This document shows, piece by piece, positions 1 through 9,301 of a DNA stretch of 64,000 nucleotides; position 1 is the first letter of the stretch; each line of letters starts with the position of its first letter. The notes below the pieces were generated by a model, which worked only from the letters and a program-made list of their open reading frames with translations, was not told the origin of the DNA and made no database searches. The DNA comes from an uncultured Planctomycetales bacterium (lineage in GTDB: Bacteria > Planctomycetota > Phycisphaerae > UBA1845 > PWPN01): NCBI GenBank assembly GCA_964586235.1, contig CAZPIO010000002.1, positions 7,279-71,278 on the forward strand, given 5' to 3'. Both the position numbers and the translations under genes were made by a program.

Positions 1-294
1 TTTGAGCGCGATCTCCGCCGTCTGCTGGAGGCCTTGCAAGGCACGTCGCGGCGGATCGTCATGTTTGAGCTGCCGCTGCCGCCGTTCTTCAACGGTTATG
101 GGCGCGTGCAGCGGCGTCTGGCCGGCGAGTTTGGAGCCGCCCTTGTTCCCAAGAGCGTCCTGGCCGGGGTGATCGGGTCGGCGAGAACCACTCTGGACGG
201 TCTTCATCTTTCCGAGGCCGGCCACCGGGAGATTGCTGAGACAGTGCGAAAGATCACTGGGATCCCCGCCCCCGCTGCCGCGGCGTCGCCGTAG
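1..294 (+). CDS. SGNH/GDSL-type hydrolase, C-terminal fragment (5' end lies outside window)
   Basis: Frame 1 is open from base 1 to TAG at 292-294. The ORF-track start at 34 is an internal TTG. C-terminal DGLHLSEAGH resembles the DxxH block of SGNH hydrolases. Confidence 0.5.
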   Translation, partial: FERDLRRLLEALQGTSRRIVMFELPLPPFFNGYGRVQRRLAGEFGAALVPKSVLAGVIGSARTTLDGLHLSEAGHREIAETVRKITGIPAPAAAASP

Positions 295-325
295 CAACTG
301 AAGAATTCCCAACGATGAGGCCCGC

Positions 326-1369
326 ATGATGAAAGCAGCCCGTCTCACCGCGCCGAACCGGATTGAGTATCTCGATGTGCCGCAGCCGGCGTGCGCCGAC
401 GACGAGGTACTCGTACAGGTCAAGTGCGTCGGCATTTGCGGGACGGACGTCGAGATGTACCGCGGGACGATGGCCTATTTCAAGATGGGCTGGACGAAGT
501 ACCCGATCACGCTGGGGCACGAGTGGTCGGGTGTCGTGGTTGAGCGCGGGCGGGAGGTGAGCGAGTTCTCGGTCGGCGATCGGGTCACGGGCGACGTGAC
601 CATCGGGTGCCACCGCTGCGAGAACTGTCTTCGGGGGCTGTACAACCTGTGCCTCTCGAAGATCGAGGTGGGGCTCTGCCGCGGGAAGGACGGGGCTTAC
701 GCGGAGTTCGTGACCATGCCCGCCCGGCACACGTTCAAGGTGCCGGACGAGGTCAGCTTCGAGGAAGCGGCGATGACCGAGCCGGCGGCGACGGTGGTCA
801 AGGCGATTCGCAAGGCCCCGTTCGAGCCGGGTGCGGTGTGCGTGATCCTCGGCGACGGGCCGATCGGGCTGCTGGCGCTTCAGGCGGCTGATGCGTGCGG
901 CGCGGGCAAGCTCGTGCTGACGGGTATGGTGGACTCGAAACTGCAACTCGGCCGTGAGCTGGGGGCTGATATCGTGGTCAACGTCCGGCGGCAGAACCTG
1001 CAGGAGATTGTCGACGACTTCACCGGCGGCGTCGGTGCGGACTACGTGATGGAGGCCTCCGGGAGCGTCGAGGCGATGCAACAGGCGGTTGCGGTCACAC
1101 GGATGGGCGGCACGGTAAGCGTGGTGGGCCTGCCCGAGGTACCCGTGCCGGAGTTCGACATGGGCAACGTGGCGGTTCGAGATTTGAACATCATCACCTC
1201 GGTGGCATCGCCCAATTCCTTCCCGCAGACGCTGCGGCTGATGGCCAGGGGGAGGATCCGCACGCGGCCGTTGATTTCGCACGAACTGCCGTTGTCCGAG
1301 ACGGCCAGGGCCTTCGACATTCAGATCAACCACCCGGTCGAGCGCATCAAGATCATGCTGCGCCCCTGA
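326..1369 (+). CDS. Zn-dependent alcohol/polyol dehydrogenase (medium-chain dehydrogenase/reductase family)
   Basis: ATG at 326 follows GAGG. Motifs: GICGTD, GHEWSG, structural-zinc Cys cluster GCHRCENCLRGLYNLC, and NAD fold GDGPIG. Confidence 0.9.
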   Translation: MMKAARLTAPNRIEYLDVPQPACADDEVLVQVKCVGICGTDVEMYRGTMAYFKMGWTKYPITLGHEWSGVVVERGREVSEFSVGDRVTGDVTIGCHRCENCLRGLYNLCLSKIEVGLCRGKDGAYAEFVTMPARHTFKVPDEVSFEEAAMTEPAATVVKAIRKAPFEPGAVCVILGDGPIGLLALQAADACGAGKLVLTGMVDSKLQLGRELGADIVVNVRRQNLQEIVDDFTGGVGADYVMEASGSVEAMQQAVAVTRMGGTVSVVGLPEVPVPEFDMGNVAVRDLNIITSVASPNSFPQTLRLMARGRIRTRPLISHELPLSETARAFDIQINHPVERIKIMLRP

Positions 1370-2380
1370 ATGAGAGTTATTATGTTCAAGGTCAGGATCA
1401 CGGACTATCTCGCGCCGCCGGTCAGGATCGAAGAGGAAGCCCTGGCGGGGTTGGCTACAGTAGAATGCCTCCTTTCACTGGGTCCGGACGATCTCGTCGG
1501 GCGGATCGACGATTCCGACGCGGTGATCATCTACCATCAGACCTCGCTGCCCCGGCGGGTGATCGAGGCGCTGGATCACTGCAGGGTGATTGTCCGCGCG
1601 GGGGTCGGATTTGACGCCGTGGACATCGAGGCGGCCGGGGAGAAGGGCATCGTGGTGTGCAACGTGCCCGATTACGGAGTCGACGAGGTGGCCGATCATG
1701 CGATCGCCCTGATGATGGCGTGCAATCGCGGGCTGATTCTCGCGGATCGGCGGCTTCGGCCGCGGCTGAATCCGTGGGACTACCATTCGGTCGAGCCTGT
1801 CTTTCGGCTCAGCGGGGCGACGATGGGCATCGTAGGGTTGGGACGGATCGGCACGGCGACGGCGTTGCGGGCCAAGGCGCTGAAGATGCGGGTACTGGCC
1901 TGCGACCCGTACATCCGGCCGGGGATCGACAAGGCGGTCGGTGTCGAGCGCGTCGATCTGGACACTCTGCTTGCGGCCAGCGACGTGGTGTCTTTGCACG
2001 TGCCGCTGAACGACGAGACGAGGCACATGATCGACGGGGCGGCGCTGCGGAAGATGAAAACGAGCGCCATTCTGATCAACACCGCGCGGGGAGAAGTGGT
2101 CAACGTGGATGATCTGGCGGATGCGCTGGAGTCGCAGTTGATTGCGGCGGCCGGGATCGACGTCCTGCCCACGGAGCCGCCGAGAGAGGACCTGCGGCTG
2201 ATCCAGTTGTGGCGGCGTACCGAGGAGCCGCTGGTCAACCTGGTGCTGACGGCCCACAGCGCGTTCTATTCCGAGTCGGCGTTCGTGGAGGTACGCACCA
2301 AGGCCGCACAGGAGGTCGCCCGCGTGCTTCGTGGAGGCCGTCCGCTCAACTGCGTCAACGCTGAGTACCTGAAGGCCTGA
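1370..2380 (+). CDS. D-isomer-specific 2-hydroxyacid dehydrogenase (NAD-binding)
   Basis: Its ATG immediately follows the upstream TGA (1367-1369). Motifs: GVGFDAVD, GIVGLGRIGTA (GxGxxG), HVPLNDETRHMI, INTARG. Confidence 0.9.
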   Translation: MRVIMFKVRITDYLAPPVRIEEEALAGLATVECLLSLGPDDLVGRIDDSDAVIIYHQTSLPRRVIEALDHCRVIVRAGVGFDAVDIEAAGEKGIVVCNVPDYGVDEVADHAIALMMACNRGLILADRRLRPRLNPWDYHSVEPVFRLSGATMGIVGLGRIGTATALRAKALKMRVLACDPYIRPGIDKAVGVERVDLDTLLAASDVVSLHVPLNDETRHMIDGAALRKMKTSAILINTARGEVVNVDDLADALESQLIAAAGIDVLPTEPPREDLRLIQLWRRTEEPLVNLVLTAHSAFYSESAFVEVRTKAAQEVARVLRGGRPLNCVNAEYLKA

Positions 2381-3196
2381 GTGTTGATTGCTGGCGGCCT
2401 GTGCAGACGAGCGACAGCCCAGATTGCCCAGAGTGCCCAAGTTTGGCTTCGTTTGGCGCAGCGGGGCCGCGTAGGGTGGAGGGTGGGGAGAGGAGACGCG
2501 GGGACGCGGTGACGGGGAAAGGCGCGACAGAAGTTCTCCAGATTAACGATGGGTTCGTTTCGCAGGGCGTGTTCTCGGCCATCAGCGCGCGGCGTTCAGC
2601 CAGATGACGGTGGTGGGTTTGTTTCGGTTGTCAAAGATCGCGGGGGCGCGGGCCGCCGGTGGCCGTCGGCTTGGCCTGGGGCTTCGCCGGGCCTGGGCAG
2701 AGTATCTCCGCTGGTCCCGTTGCCGGCATAACACGGCAGCCCGCTCGGCAGAAGGCGGCCGCAGCGGAACGGGTGGTGAGCGGGAAGGACGAAGACCGAA
2801 TGTCGAAGCTCCGCTCGCCACGGTGGGCAGGCTCGGCACGGCGAGCAGGCTCACCACGGTGGGCGGATCTGACCTTCGGCCGACTCTTAGCATTTGGCCG
2901 TAGGCGGGTGGAGAGGGGTGTCCACAGATTACGCAGATTTCGCAGATTCTCAGCAAAGGAAGAAGGAAGCTGTTGGCTCTTGGCTCGCCGTGGCGGGCTG
3001 AGGGCTGAGAGCTTTGACCGACCGCGGAGTGCCCGAGGACGCTGAGGAACACGCGGAGACGGCGGAGCCCGAAGGGCTACCTACGCAACGCATCGGATGG
3101 TAGATGCTACTATTAGCCAGCATCGGAAAATTAGCTACGTCCCCGTTTCGATACTCCGTTTCGATACGATATGGGACAGTCGGCTGCAACCGCTAT

Positions 3197-3976
3197 TCAG
3201 GCACCCGACACCGCCTCAGTACCCCGAGCGGGTGGACATCTGAATACGTAGATCGCCCAGCCCAAGGTGTCTCTACCCCACCTCAAATAGATCGATTTCT
3301 CCTTGGCCACGCGCTCAAGCAGTTCTGGAAGATCAGCGTCATCTCGGTGGGTGCGCGCGTAGTCCGCCATCGCATACCACTGAAGACCTTCGTATCGGTC
3401 CCAGTCGTCCTTGCTGCTCACCAGCGTGTGCACGAGGTCGAGCCCTCGCTGCTGGCCTGCTTCAACGTTTTCCGCGTGGCTTCCGAAGGCATCTCTTGTC
3501 AGCCCGAACGCCTGCAAGTACTCGTCCGACGGCTCCCGCAACCAGTACGGCTCGCCCACGATCACCCAGCCGTCGGGCTCGGCCATGCCGACCAGCGCGT
3601 CCAGAGTTTTCGCGTGCCCGCCGAAAACCCAGCTCGCCCCAATGCACGAAGCGAGAGTGAGGCTGTTTGGCTTGTCGGGTTTGAAATCAGCGCCATCCAT
3701 TTGGGTGAAGGTGATTCCTGCCTGTGGCACACGCGCTCTGAGCCTTCGTTCTGCGTCGGCGATGAAGAAGGGCGAGAGGTCCACGCCTACGCCGCGCACT
3801 CCGTATGCCTCCGCCAGACGTATCAGGAATTCGCCCTTCCCGCAGGCGATGTCAACCACACGTGCGGCTGTCGGAAGCTGCACCAGGTCCACCAGGCGTG
3901 CGAGCTTCTCCTCGCTCGTGGGATTGCACACCACGTGCCTGCGATGAGTGATGTCGTAGAACTTCCACGTATCCAT
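3197..3976 (-). CDS. class I SAM-dependent methyltransferase
   Basis: ATG at 3976. SAM-binding motif I VVDIACGKGEF followed by GVGVDLS. The long plus-strand ORF opposite it is an antisense shadow. Confidence 0.85.
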   Translation of the reverse strand: MDTWKFYDITHRRHVVCNPTSEEKLARLVDLVQLPTAARVVDIACGKGEFLIRLAEAYGVRGVGVDLSPFFIADAERRLRARVPQAGITFTQMDGADFKPDKPNSLTLASCIGASWVFGGHAKTLDALVGMAEPDGWVIVGEPYWLREPSDEYLQAFGLTRDAFGSHAENVEAGQQRGLDLVHTLVSSKDDWDRYEGLQWYAMADYARTHRDDADLPELLERVAKEKSIYLRWGRDTLGWAIYVFRCPPARGTEAVSGA

Positions 3977-4274
3977 GAATCGATCCCTCGGCTGCCTCGT
4001 GCATAGACCGGATAAGCGGACGCAGCTCTCTTCCTTAACTTCTATTATCCACTATAGTACCCTTTCGCCCATGCCTCGACAAGCCCGCGTCGCCCCCGGC
4101 GGTCTGGTGGGTCCGTGACCCTTCAGGCGGCCCATTCAGAACCCCGAGCCTGGTCGACGTGGCGACCGCAAGCGAGGGGCCAAGCCGCAAGGCGGGCGCA
4201 CCACACGGGGGCCGCTCCCTTACAGTCGCGGTTCTGAATGCCATGGTCGGCGAGCGCGGGGGGATGCGGGGAGG

Positions 4275-5894
4275 TCAGTCCGCGCAGTTGGGGTCGGCCT
4301 GGGAGCCAAAGCCGCTGAAGCAGCGTTGGAGGAGGCCGAAGTCTTCGCTGTCGACGTCGCCGTCACGGTCGATGTCGGCGTCGGCGCAGCCGTCGGCCGG
4401 CGGGCCGGCGTTCGGGCCGGTTACGCAGTCGAAGAGGTGCTGGAAATCGCTCTGCTCGACGTAGCGGTCGCGGTTGAAGTCGGCGGCGGCGTACGGGGAA
4501 TCCACCACGTTCAACGAGACGGTCACCGTGGCGGTCGGCGGCGAGGCCGCGGGGGCAGTGATGGTGATCGTTGCCGAATACGAGTCGATTGCGAGATTGG
4601 CGGTCTGGTAGCTGATGGTCATGGTGTCGTGCTCGCCGATGGATGAGCCGGCATCGGGACTGACGCTCAGCCAGCCGGCGTTGTCGGCGATGGTGTAGTT
4701 GAGAGTGTTGATGCCGCCGTTCCAGACCTCGAAGGTGTCGTTGGGGAGGTTGTCGCGTTCGTAGACCACCCGAGTGAAGGTGTCGGGCGAGCGCTGGATC
4801 ACCGGTACGCCTTCCCGGATGCCCACCACGCCGGCCGGGTAACGCAGGTCAACCGTCTGCTGGAAGGCGGTGTAAAGATCGTTGGCGCTTCCCGGAGGCT
4901 CGCCGTTGTTCTTGTAGTATTCGATGGAATACGAGTTCCATCCTCCGCCGGCCTGCTGATCGGCGTCGTAGACAAACCAGCACAGGCAGCGGATGTTGTG
5001 ATTGCCCGGCGTCTGGTTCCACGCGTTGAGGTCCGCGAAGCAGTCACGGACAAACTGGGCCATGACGGCCTCCGTCGATACCTTGTTCCATTCGGTGATG
5101 TACACCGGCCGGCCTTGAAGGCCCTTGCCGTCGATCAGGTTGAGTTGAGACACGTAGCTGTTGTGGAAGTCGGTCAGCGCGCCGCCGTAGGCGTGCAATG
5201 CGATGCCGTCGATCTCGTCGATCGGGATGTTGTCGATCACCTGTCCGAGCCACTGGTTGCCGTCCATCCAGCGCACACCGGCCGCGCCGCCCGGACTAGG
5301 AGCAGCGATGAGCACGATATGCGGCCCGCACGGACTGGGCTGGGCGGAATTGTGGATGGCGTTGCGGACGTTGCGGTAGATGACGGCATAATCCGCAGGC
5401 GGGATCTGCTCATTGGGCCATGGCTTGCCCTCGAGGGTGACGTTCGGCTCGTTGCCGATGATCCAGATGTGGCTGCCGTGCCTGAGCGTGTTGACCGCGG
5501 CGACGACGCTGTTCGGCCAACCGGCGTAGTTCGGGTTGGTCGGCGCAGGAACCGTCTCGCCCCAGTTGTAGTCGATGCGGGTGATGATGGTGACGTTTTT
5601 GTTGGCGTAGAGGTCCTGATGGAGCCCGGTGAAGTACGCGGGCTGCCACCATGAATCCGAATGGGTCAGGACGGTTTCGACGCTCCATCCGCCGTAGGTC
5701 GGGCAGTCGAGCATGGTCGCCGGCGCGGTGTCGATGGGCTGGCCCTGCGTGTGGCCCCACCAGTGGATGCCGTAGAGATAATCGGAGTCGGCGGCCAGGG
5801 ACGGGCTCGCGCACAGGGCCAGGAGCGCCGCCGCGGAGAGCAACAGGCGCGGCATGAGACCTGAACGTCGGATGTCAATCGGGCACTGAGCCAT
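4275..5894 (-). CDS. secreted glycoside hydrolase (clan GH-A-like TIM barrel) with Ig/BACON-like segment and C-terminal dockerin-like module
   Basis: I chose ATG at 5894, preceded by GGAGGAACT, over the ORF-track start at 6074. Signal peptide MPRLLLSAAALLALCASPSLA. IWIIGNEPN and VYITEWN look like the acid/base and nucleophile motifs. C-terminal DADIDRDGDVDSEDFGLLQRCFSG. Confidence 0.75.
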   Translation of the reverse strand: MAQCPIDIRRSGLMPRLLLSAAALLALCASPSLAADSDYLYGIHWWGHTQGQPIDTAPATMLDCPTYGGWSVETVLTHSDSWWQPAYFTGLHQDLYANKNVTIITRIDYNWGETVPAPTNPNYAGWPNSVVAAVNTLRHGSHIWIIGNEPNVTLEGKPWPNEQIPPADYAVIYRNVRNAIHNSAQPSPCGPHIVLIAAPSPGGAAGVRWMDGNQWLGQVIDNIPIDEIDGIALHAYGGALTDFHNSYVSQLNLIDGKGLQGRPVYITEWNKVSTEAVMAQFVRDCFADLNAWNQTPGNHNIRCLCWFVYDADQQAGGGWNSYSIEYYKNNGEPPGSANDLYTAFQQTVDLRYPAGVVGIREGVPVIQRSPDTFTRVVYERDNLPNDTFEVWNGGINTLNYTIADNAGWLSVSPDAGSSIGEHDTMTISYQTANLAIDSYSATITITAPAASPPTATVTVSLNVVDSPYAAADFNRDRYVEQSDFQHLFDCVTGPNAGPPADGCADADIDRDGDVDSEDFGLLQRCFSGFGSQADPNCAD

Positions 5895-6086
5895 AGTTCC
5901 TCCGCGATTGCGCCCGAGCGGGCGACCGATCCATTGTACTAGGTCCGACGGGGGTTTCTCCAGATGCTGCCGAAAAAACGGCCCGAATGAGCGGCCGGAA
6001 GCCGATGGCCAGTTGACGGATTTCAGCGGTGCAGGAGGGTGGGAGCACGGCTCGCGGAGTTCGCTGCTGCCCACGGGATCTCAGCC

Positions 6087-6169
6087 GTCCCTACGGGACT
6101 ATGTGAGACGAGGGCCTCGGTTTCCCAGCGATGAATCGCTGGGCTATTGTCAAATGTCCCTTCGGGACA
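6087..6169. repeat. cluster of three short perfect hairpins in the spacer upstream of the GH gene
   Basis: gtccc-tac-gggac (6087-6099), cccagcga-tgaa-tcgctggg (6124-6143) and tgtccc-ttc-gggaca (6155-6169). Confidence 0.6.
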
Positions 6170-6273
6170 AGGACTTCGCGAGAGTCGGATCGCGGCAATT
6201 GGGACAGCAGGTTCGCTCAGACTTGGGTAGCGGCAGGGTCGCAGAGCAACGGCACACGCGGCATGTGTCCGGA

Positions 6274-6348
6274 ATCGCGAGCCCAGGTTCAAGAAAAACC
6301 TGGGCCACAGAGCCTGGGAGCACTGCTCGCAGAGCAGTGGCACACGGG
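6274..6348 (+). repeat. 75-nt intergenic repeat, copy 1 (contains palindrome CACTGCTC-GCA-GAGCAGTG followed by GCACAC)
   Basis: Aligns without gaps to 7794-7868. The first 10 and last 25 nt are identical, and about 60 of 75 match by hand alignment. The palindrome is at 6321-6339. Confidence 0.85.
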
Positions 6349-6386
6349 GAGCTCGATCGACAGGCGGCCCCTCTCTATCCCCCCTG

Positions 6387-7724
6387 CTAAGGGGGTAAGG
6401 GAATAGGGGCTGGGCGGGTCTGGGCTTGTTCGACCAGTTCGCGGACGGCGTGCAGGGCTTCGGGATATTTCTTGAACGATTCCCAGTTGTAGACGCAGAT
6501 GAACCGGCAGCTCTTGAATCGCAGGCCGGCCTCGAATCGCTTGCGCCACTGCTCGGATGTTTCGGCGCCGCGCCACCATTCCGAGGCCGCCCATTGCGTT
6601 CGGCCGGCCGCGTCGAGGTCAGCAGAGAGCGAACCGCACTCAGCCGGATCATGACTGTAGAAACTCCAGCCGGGGATGGAGTAGTCGTTCATCGCGGGTT
6701 TGAACGAGAGATGCTTGTCCCACGGTTCGTACGTGCAGCCCTGGTGAGTGAACACCAGGTGTCTGGGGATGCCCCGTTTGACTGCCGCCTGGCTGAGCCG
6801 TTCGAGATAGCGGTGGACGACCTTCTCGAAATCCTCGATCGTCGGCGTGCCGGAGGTCCGGATCCTTTCGGTGCTGATGGCAGCGTACCCGAGTGTCGGC
6901 CGGCCGGACTTCCAGCCCATGGCCCGCTCATGATCGGTGGGGTCTTTGGCCGCGTCCTTCGGCGACTGTTCGAAGATGCGGTTGCCGTCCGGATAGTAAT
7001 AGGCGTTGACGTTGATCGAGGCCTCCCAGCCGACCTTGAGGCCGCCGAAGAGGTATTTGCGGTCCTTCGGCAGCTCGCGGTACCAGCGGGCGATCAGCGG
7101 CACGAGCAGGTCGTAGGCCTTCCAGTGCTCGGCGAGGAATCGCGGCGAAGCGAGGTTTGGGGCGGGCCGGACTCGGACCTGATGGCCCCAGTTGCGCCAG
7201 CCGATCCTAACGGCGTGCCAGGGGCCCCAGTCGGTCCATTCGACGTTGGCGCGGTTGGCGGGGTTGAACCCGGGCAGGTTCGGGTCCCACCAGTTCCACA
7301 GATCGGAGCGGGACTCCCACCAGTTCTGGCCGTCGAGGGTGATCAGCACGGGCACGTCGGCCGAGCGGGCGGAATTCAGCAGCCGCGTGATGCACTGGGC
7401 CAATTGGCTGGGCGGATATTCAAGTATGGAGAAGGGGTAACTCACGCCGACCCGGAGATGGTCGTTGCCGCGCGTGCCGATGAGTCTGGCGATTTCCTCG
7501 CAGGAGGCCGGTGTGAAGGTGTTCGGGTCCTTCTCGGTCCACCGCATGGCGTCGGGATGCGTCGGGGACTTGTTGAAGAAGATGTACTGCGGCAGTTCAC
7601 CCCTTGCGACCGGGTTGAGCGGTTCGCGGCCGAGTTTCATGTCAGCCGCACCGGCGTTGATCACGGGGGCGAAGAGAACAACGACCGCCAGGCAGACGAT
7701 CCGGCACCAAGTGTGCACACGCAT
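6387..7724 (-). CDS. secreted hypothetical protein (possible glycoside-hydrolase-like fold)
   Basis: I chose ATG at 7724 (MRVHTWCRIVCLAVVVLFAPVINAGA signal peptide). The ORF-track start at 7934 would read through the 7794-7868 repeat. The sequence is Trp-rich (DLWNWWDPNLPGFNP, GWEASINVN). I recognise no named family. Confidence 0.6.
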   Translation of the reverse strand: MRVHTWCRIVCLAVVVLFAPVINAGAADMKLGREPLNPVARGELPQYIFFNKSPTHPDAMRWTEKDPNTFTPASCEEIARLIGTRGNDHLRVGVSYPFSILEYPPSQLAQCITRLLNSARSADVPVLITLDGQNWWESRSDLWNWWDPNLPGFNPANRANVEWTDWGPWHAVRIGWRNWGHQVRVRPAPNLASPRFLAEHWKAYDLLVPLIARWYRELPKDRKYLFGGLKVGWEASINVNAYYYPDGNRIFEQSPKDAAKDPTDHERAMGWKSGRPTLGYAAISTERIRTSGTPTIEDFEKVVHRYLERLSQAAVKRGIPRHLVFTHQGCTYEPWDKHLSFKPAMNDYSIPGWSFYSHDPAECGSLSADLDAAGRTQWAASEWWRGAETSEQWRKRFEAGLRFKSCRFICVYNWESFKKYPEALHAVRELVEQAQTRPAPIPLPP

Positions 7725-7793
7725 CACGGGGACCCCAATGCAACAAACGCAACTGCGGGGCATTGTAATCGACCTGACCGCGGGTGGAAGGTG

Positions 7794-7868
7794 ATCGCGA
7801 GCCCAGATCCAGGAAAAACCTGGGGCAATCGTTCCCAACGCACTGCTCGCAGAGCAGTGGCACACGGG
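7794..7868 (+). repeat. 75-nt intergenic repeat, copy 2
   Basis: Direct repeat of 6274-6348, exactly 1520 nt away. The palindrome is at 7841-7859. Confidence 0.85.
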
Positions 7869-7888
7869 CGGGGGGCGCTTAGGCGGGA

Positions 7889-9301
7889 CTATACGGGGCC
7901 GTCGTGATGGAGCATTTCGGTGGCTATCTCGCACCTGCGAGCCTCCTTGGCAGCGTAGAGTGCCACGTCCGCTTCATGGATCAAGGCTTCGGCGGAGGGG
8001 GCTCGCGTTGTCCGCAGGCTGGCCACGCCGATGCTCGCGTCGGCGGGCACGTCCGGGAATCTGCGAAGGACTTCTTCTCTGAAGCGTTCGGTGATCCGCT
8101 CGACCAGGACAGCGGCCGAGGCCGCCGAAGTCTGGGGGAGCAGGACGATGAACTCATCACCGCCGAATCGGGCGGCCACATCAGAGCCGCGCAGCTCGCC
8201 CGCGATCACGTGGGCCATGCTGGCCAGGACCTCGTCGCCGGTGCGGTGGCCGAAGCGGTCGTTTGTTTCCTTGAAGCGGTCCAGGTCGAGCATGAGGCAG
8301 GTGAGATCGGCGTCGTATCGCTCGGCGGCGGCGAACTCGTGGGCGATCACCTCGCCGAAATGTCGCCGGTTGTAAAGGCCGGTGAGCGGATCGCGGGCGG
8401 CCAGTTCCTCCAGTTCGCGGGTCCGCTGCTGGACACGGTCTTCGAGCTCGGCATTCAGCTCGAGCAGTTCCATGCGCGACTCGGTCAGACGATCGGCCAT
8501 GGTGTTGAACGACTGGGCCAGGTTGCCGATTTCGTCGTCGGAGTGGATGTGGGCCCGGGCATCGGTCGATCCGCGCGAGATGGCGCAGGCGGTCCGGGCC
8601 AGCTCCCTGAGGGGGGCAATGACCCGGCGGCTCAAGAACACACTGCAGGGAATGGCCAGCAGCAGCAGGGCCAGGGCGATGTGCCGGATGCGGGCTCCGA
8701 CGTGCTCGATTCGCTGGATGGTTGCGGTCACGTCGATGGCCAGGTGCAGGTAGCCCACGATCGGTCTGGCGGACGTGCCGCTGGGCCGGATAGTGGCGGA
8801 GGCGAACACCGGCACGCTGACCTGGGCACAGGCCATTTTCGGGTCGTCGGTATAGACCATCTCCGGCACGTTGGTTGATTTGAGATTGAATGACTCGCCG
8901 TCTGGGGACAGGACGGACCGCGCGAGGCCGGCTCTGGACTCGCCGGAGACAATCACCTGGCCGCCGGCATCCGCAAACACGACAAACGCCACGGCGTCGG
9001 TCTTGATCAAGTCCTGGACGGTTCGGCCCAGGGACTCGCGGTCGCGGGCCCCGACGGCGTCGGCGGTGCTGATGGCCAGCGATTGGGCCCATTCGCGGGT
9101 GCGGCCGTATTCGTTGTCGTACAAGACCTGGTTGGTGACCCGGGTGGTGAGGGTCGAGCTGACACCGGTCACAAGCACCAACAGGAGGACGATCAGCAGA
9201 AAAGCCTTGAATCGCAGGCTGCGGGCCGCAAGACGCCACCTGGGGGTCGGACCCGAAGCTTCTGTCCCGGCGTCATTTAGGTTCAAGAAAGGTTCGGCCA
9301 T
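7889..9301 (-). CDS. membrane diguanylate cyclase (periplasmic sensor, HAMP, GGDEF)
   Basis: ATG at 9301. Two predicted TM segments flank a periplasmic region, followed by a HAMP-like segment (DEIGNLAQSFNTMADRL). The GGDEF domain has an RGSD I-site five residues before RFGGDEFIVLL. Confidence 0.9.
   Translation of the reverse strand: MAEPFLNLNDAGTEASGPTPRWRLAARSLRFKAFLLIVLLLVLVTGVSSTLTTRVTNQVLYDNEYGRTREWAQSLAISTADAVGARDRESLGRTVQDLIKTDAVAFVVFADAGGQVIVSGESRAGLARSVLSPDGESFNLKSTNVPEMVYTDDPKMACAQVSVPVFASATIRPSGTSARPIVGYLHLAIDVTATIQRIEHVGARIRHIALALLLLAIPCSVFLSRRVIAPLRELARTACAISRGSTDARAHIHSDDEIGNLAQSFNTMADRLTESRMELLELNAELEDRVQQRTRELEELAARDPLTGLYNRRHFGEVIAHEFAAAERYDADLTCLMLDLDRFKETNDRFGHRTGDEVLASMAHVIAGELRGSDVAARFGGDEFIVLLPQTSAASAAVLVERITERFREEVLRRFPDVPADASIGVASLRTTRAPSAEALIHEADVALYAAKEARRCEIATEMLHHDGPV

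Noticed and set aside
254-2440. Minus-strand ORFs 254..1333 and 1475..2440
   Set aside because: They are antisense shadows of the alcohol dehydrogenase and 2-hydroxyacid dehydrogenase genes.
3104-4006. 300-aa plus-strand ORF
   Set aside because: It is antisense to the SAM methyltransferase, and its 5' end starts in repeat-rich non-coding DNA.
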